Source of the DNA: an uncultured delta proteobacterium
GTDB taxonomy: Bacteria; Desulfobacterota; Binatia; UBA9968
NCBI GenBank assembly: GCA_963737905.1
Contig: CAVTUQ010000004.1
Span: 128,001 to 192,000, forward strand
Reading direction: 5' to 3'
Length of the DNA stretch: 64,000 nucleotides
In this document: positions 60,630 through 64,000 of the stretch, piece after piece
Layout: each line of letters starts with the position of its first letter
Numbering within the stretch: position 1 is the stretch's first letter
Notes under the pieces: generated by a model
What the model was told of the DNA's origin: nothing
The model's database searches: none
Seen by the model: only the letters and a program-made list of their open reading frames with translations
Program-made: the position numbers and the translations under genes

Positions 60630-61415
60630 ATGGGCAATATCGTTATCCGAAATCTCACCAAGACCTACAGCGGCGGCGGAGTCGTGGCATTGCAAGACGT
60701 CAACTTCGAAGTGACCTCCTACGAAAGCCTTTGTGTCCTAGGCCCAAGCGGATGCGGTAAAACGACGCTTCTTCGAATCATCGATTGCTTAATCCCGTGC
60801 GACCAGGGCGAGATTCTCATCGACGGCGCGCCGGTTACTTGCCCGCGCTCCGATATCGCCATGGTGTTCCAACATTTTGGCCTTTTCCCTTGGAAAAGAC
60901 TGGACGAAAACATCGCGTACGGGCTGGAATTAAGGGGGAAGTCGCGACATGAAATTAAGGCAACCGTTGAGCGCTACGTAGAACTTATCGGACTTGACGG
61001 ATTTGAGAAATCGTATCCGCACCAACTCTCCGGCGGTATGCAGCAGCGAGCCGGCCTCGCGCGAGCCATGGCCATCAACCCTTCTGTACTCCTCATGGAC
61101 GAACCCTTCGGCGCTCTGGATGCTCAGACAAGGGAGATGATGCAGGAAGAGCTGTTGCGGATCTTGGAGAGCGAGCAAAAAACCATGATCTTCGTAACCC
61201 ATAGCATTGACGAAGCCATCCTGTTAGGCGATCGCATTGTGATCATGTCCCGCCGTCCCGGGCGTATCCGGGAAATCCTATCGGTCGATATCCCGCGGCC
61301 AAGAAAGATTCTCTCCGTGCGTTCCCACCCGCGCTATATCGACCTCAGGAACTTGATCTGGGAAATGCTCAAGCAGGACCTGGACCCGGCCAGTTCCGCC
61401 AGGAGCAATTCATGA
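60630..61415 (+). CDS. ABC ATPase (nitrate/sulfonate type)
   Basis: GPSGCGKT, LSGGMQQR, DEPFGALDAQTR. Confidence 0.93.
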   Translation: MGNIVIRNLTKTYSGGGVVALQDVNFEVTSYESLCVLGPSGCGKTTLLRIIDCLIPCDQGEILIDGAPVTCPRSDIAMVFQHFGLFPWKRLDENIAYGLELRGKSRHEIKATVERYVELIGLDGFEKSYPHQLSGGMQQRAGLARAMAINPSVLLMDEPFGALDAQTREMMQEELLRILESEQKTMIFVTHSIDEAILLGDRIVIMSRRPGRIREILSVDIPRPRKILSVRSHPRYIDLRNLIWEMLKQDLDPASSARSNS

Positions 61416-62167
61416 GCCGACATGTTCGAGTGCGTCTATTTTCGCTCTTCGCTTTTTTAGTTCTCTGGGAATTCGTCGGCAGGCGGGTAAATCCAATCCT
61501 CTTCACGTACCCCACCGCGATCGTTCGTGCCTTCGGTGAACTCGTCGTTTCTGGCGAGTTGCAGAGTTATATGAAAGAGAGCCTCCTGGTCTTGCTCTAT
61601 GCCTCCATTCTTTCGGTCATCGTGGGAGTGATCTTCGGCGTGGTGATGGGGCGCTTTGCCATCGTGGAATGGGCGACGGATATATACGTGAGCGCACTTT
61701 ATTCCATGCCGATGGTCGCGATGGTGCCGCTGATCGTTCTCTGGTTCGGCTTCAGGGTTCCGGCAAAGGTGACTATTGTCTTCCTCTTCATGGTCTTTCC
61801 TATATTGCTTAATACCTACCAAGGCGTCAAAGATGTCGACCGCAATCTCCAGGAAGTCGCCCGCTCTTTTTGCTCCTCCGAAGGTCAGCTCTGGCGTCAC
61901 TTGATTATTCCATCGGCGATTCCCTTTATCGTTGTGGGTGTTCGTCTGGCAATCGGCCGCGGCCTGGTGGGCATGATCGTCGCCGAGTTTTATACGTCCG
62001 TAACCGGCTTGGGCTATATGATTGTTCGTTACGCCAACGCCTTCGAGACCGATAAGCTCTTTGTCCCCATAGTAGTAGTTATGGTATTAGGGGTGGGGTT
62101 GATGTGGCTCGCGAAATGGGTGGAGGGGCGAATCGCCCCGTGGAGAAACTTTGAAGAAAGAGAATAA
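61412..62167 (+). CDS. ABC permease (SsuC/TauC type)
   Basis: 6 TM segments, P...LWFG, IVAE motif. Confidence 0.9.
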   Translation: MSRHVRVRLFSLFAFLVLWEFVGRRVNPILFTYPTAIVRAFGELVVSGELQSYMKESLLVLLYASILSVIVGVIFGVVMGRFAIVEWATDIYVSALYSMPMVAMVPLIVLWFGFRVPAKVTIVFLFMVFPILLNTYQGVKDVDRNLQEVARSFCSSEGQLWRHLIIPSAIPFIVVGVRLAIGRGLVGMIVAEFYTSVTGLGYMIVRYANAFETDKLFVPIVVVMVLGVGLMWLAKWVEGRIAPWRNFEERE

Positions 62168-62180
62168 GTAAGGAGGCCCT

Positions 62181-63200
62181 ATGAAAAAAACTCTTTTGAT
62201 GCTCGTGCTGGTTACGCTCTGGCTGTCGCCTGTCGAGGCCCAGACGAAGCGAAAAGTCGTTTTCGGTGTTCCGGTCACGCCACCCAATGTCGTGCACATT
62301 CCGCCTTATATCGCCAAAGATATGGGGTTCTTTGCTGAATATGGGATTGATGTGGAACTGGTAACGTTCGAGGGCGGCACGCAAACGGTCAGAGGAAGCG
62401 TAGCCGGGGGGCTCGACATTACCGGGACCAGTGCTGATCCGGCTATTGTTGGCGCTGCCAGAGGCGCCGGCACCAAAGTGGTTGGAACCTATTCCCACAA
62501 ACTGTCGCAGTCAATGCTGGTCCAGGGTGATATCAAAAGCTGCAAAGATCTCAAAGGACGCAAAATCGGCATTCAAGAGATCGGAGCATTTTCTGAAGTG
62601 TTGAGCCGCGCGGTGATGGCTTCGTGTGGTCTGACAGAGAAAGATGTTCAATATATTAACGTCAGTACGAAGGGACGGGTTTCAGGTCTTCTTACTGGCC
62701 AAATCGATACGGCCATCCTCCATGTCGATCAGGCGTTGGTGGCAAAGAAGAAAAAGCCCGACCTCAACATCCTCGTGAATCTTTGGGAAACTCTGCCCAA
62801 GTGGCTATACGCCGTTTACATTGCACCCGGTAACCAATTGGCTGAAAACCGCCAGCTTTATGTGGATCTGGAAGCTGCGCTTATCAAAGCAAACCGGTTT
62901 ATTTACAAAGATAAAGCCAAAACCGTTGAGATTGCCGTGAAGTACACCAAGGAAGACCCCGAAGTAGTTTCCCAGACCTATGATTTGTTGGCCAATGCCG
63001 GCGCCTGGCCAGTGAACGATGGTTTGCCTAAGGAGATGGTCCAGTGGACTATCGATCGTCAAGTCGAGGTGGGAACGATTAAGGCGGCGGAAAAACCCAG
63101 CTACGACAAATTGGTTGATGTCTCTGTGATCGACGCCGCGATCAAGAAGGTGGGCGGGCGGTTAACCGGCGATAAGCGCTGGGAAATTAGGAAGAGTTAA
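62181..63200 (+). CDS. ABC substrate-binding protein (NMT1/SsuA type)
   Basis: Signal peptide, IAKDMGFF..YGIDVE, DLKGRKIG. Confidence 0.9.
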   Translation: MKKTLLMLVLVTLWLSPVEAQTKRKVVFGVPVTPPNVVHIPPYIAKDMGFFAEYGIDVELVTFEGGTQTVRGSVAGGLDITGTSADPAIVGAARGAGTKVVGTYSHKLSQSMLVQGDIKSCKDLKGRKIGIQEIGAFSEVLSRAVMASCGLTEKDVQYINVSTKGRVSGLLTGQIDTAILHVDQALVAKKKKPDLNILVNLWETLPKWLYAVYIAPGNQLAENRQLYVDLEAALIKANRFIYKDKAKTVEIAVKYTKEDPEVVSQTYDLLANAGAWPVNDGLPKEMVQWTIDRQVEVGTIKAAEKPSYDKLVDVSVIDAAIKKVGGRLTGDKRWEIRKS

Positions 63201-63213
63201 AGTCAAAAAACGG

Positions 63214-63247
63214 GAGAGGGCGGAAAATTTTCCTGCCCTCTCTTTTT
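63214..63247 (+). terminator. Intrinsic terminator
   Basis: GAGAGGGC-GGAAAATTTTCC-T-GCCCTCTC followed by TTTTT. Confidence 0.75.
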
Positions 63248-63269
63248 ATGCCGGCGAAGGAAAGATAAG

Positions 63270-63601
63270 TTGGTAGAATTTTATCCCGGATGCAGACTCA
63301 CCCTTTCTCGGCCGATTGTCATTCCTATAGAAGATTCCCTTGATCTGCATCCCTTCGCTCCCAAGGACATTCCGAGCGTCGTGGAAGAATACATTGAACA
63401 ATGTCTGCAAGCTGGAATTTACGAAATCCGATTGATCCACGGTCGCGGTCAGGGCATTCAGCGACGCATTATTCAATCCCTCCTGGAAAAACATCCCCAA
63501 GTGTTGTCCTTCAAGGATGCGCCGGCGGAAGCCGGTGGGTGGGGCGCTACGTGGTCGTCGTGAGTAGTGAAGAGTATGTAAGGGTTGATAAGCTTTGGTA
63601 A
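63270..63601 (+). CDS. Smr/MutS2 domain protein (ends uncertain, probable indels)
   Basis: LDLH.F, IHGRG.G.QR, GGWGAT. Confidence 0.8.
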
Positions 63602-63761
63602 GTTGGGGGTGCTTATGTTTTGAGCTGGTGGTGTAATAAGGGTGTTGGTTTTTGACGAGAGCCATTTTGAGATCTGTGGTTGGGTGTTTATTCACAGTTT
63701 GATTTCTGAGACTGGCGAGAAGCGATGGTGTAAATCCGAATTCAATATAAGGAGGGATTAA

Positions 63762-64000
63762 ATGAAAATTTTTCTGACTACTTCGTATGGTGGCTGGCAT
63801 GGCGGTGAGTTTTGCGCCGATCGAGCTTGGCGCGTGGTAACTCACGGGGCAGTTTGCAACACCGGGCGCTACTATCGGGACGCTATCAGCTTGCAGTGGA
63901 CAGATCAATGCCGCAGGAGGGGTGAAAATGGGTCAAGGAAAGGAAAAACTTACTGTAAAAATTATAGACAATCAGTCTGACGTGAATCTGAGTGTCCGCA
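63762..64000 (+). CDS. 5' part of a LivJ-like (branched-chain amino acid) ABC substrate-binding protein, heavily indel-damaged
   Basis: AAGGAGG RBS; fragments LTGQFA, GRYYRD and QINAAGGV...KIIDNQSDVNLSVR in shifting frames. Confidence 0.6.

Noticed and set aside
63246-63908. 220-aa minus-strand ORF
   Set aside because: It overlaps the Smr gene antisense and the skewed region; composition is biased and no motif is recognisable.
1-64000. Genome-wide UGA reassignment (genetic code 4 or 25)
   Set aside because: Many complete genes end in TGA, Trp and Gly use normal codons, and read-through is seen only at Cys-equivalent sites.

Overview
Bacterial genomic window, mostly housekeeping and catabolic operons. 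The gene content resembles a deltaproteobacterium-like lineage, but this cannot be determined from the sequence. Many genes are split by single-base indels that look like long-read consensus errors. The main result is five genes that the ORF track splits at an in-frame TGA. Each TGA sits at a position where the protein family normally has a conserved Cys, and each is followed by a hairpin whose loop G lies 17-20 nt downstream, which is the signature of bacterial selenoproteins with SECIS elements. The five are two AhpD/CMD-like proteins (CRFU), an OsmC-like protein, a peroxiredoxin-like protein (UPYC) and a MetE-like zinc enzyme (HVU). Four of them lie in one divergent locus around a GntR gene (1-6455), together with a third AhpD paralog, an IspH-fold Fe-S protein with a remodelled active site, a 2Fe-2S ferredoxin with a Cys-to-Asp ligand change, an ornithine-cyclodeaminase-family enzyme and a nitroreductase. 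This locus is the best candidate for an undescribed system. Other content: a pentose-phosphate/GH15 operon carrying a deleted rpiB scar; an ArsM/ArsS arsenosugar-type cluster facing an ECF sigma/anti-sigma pair across twin GGAACT-N16-CGTT promoters; a sigma54 two-component system with three -24/-12 promoters nearby; an OtsAB fusion; a HipA-like kinase plus HIRAN pair beside a YgjP remnant; and a long catabolic operon (ABC transporters, AprA/AsfA-like flavoprotein and ferredoxin, creatininase, 2-oxoacid dehydrogenase, M24 enzyme). No rRNA, tRNA, CRISPR array or transposase was recognised.
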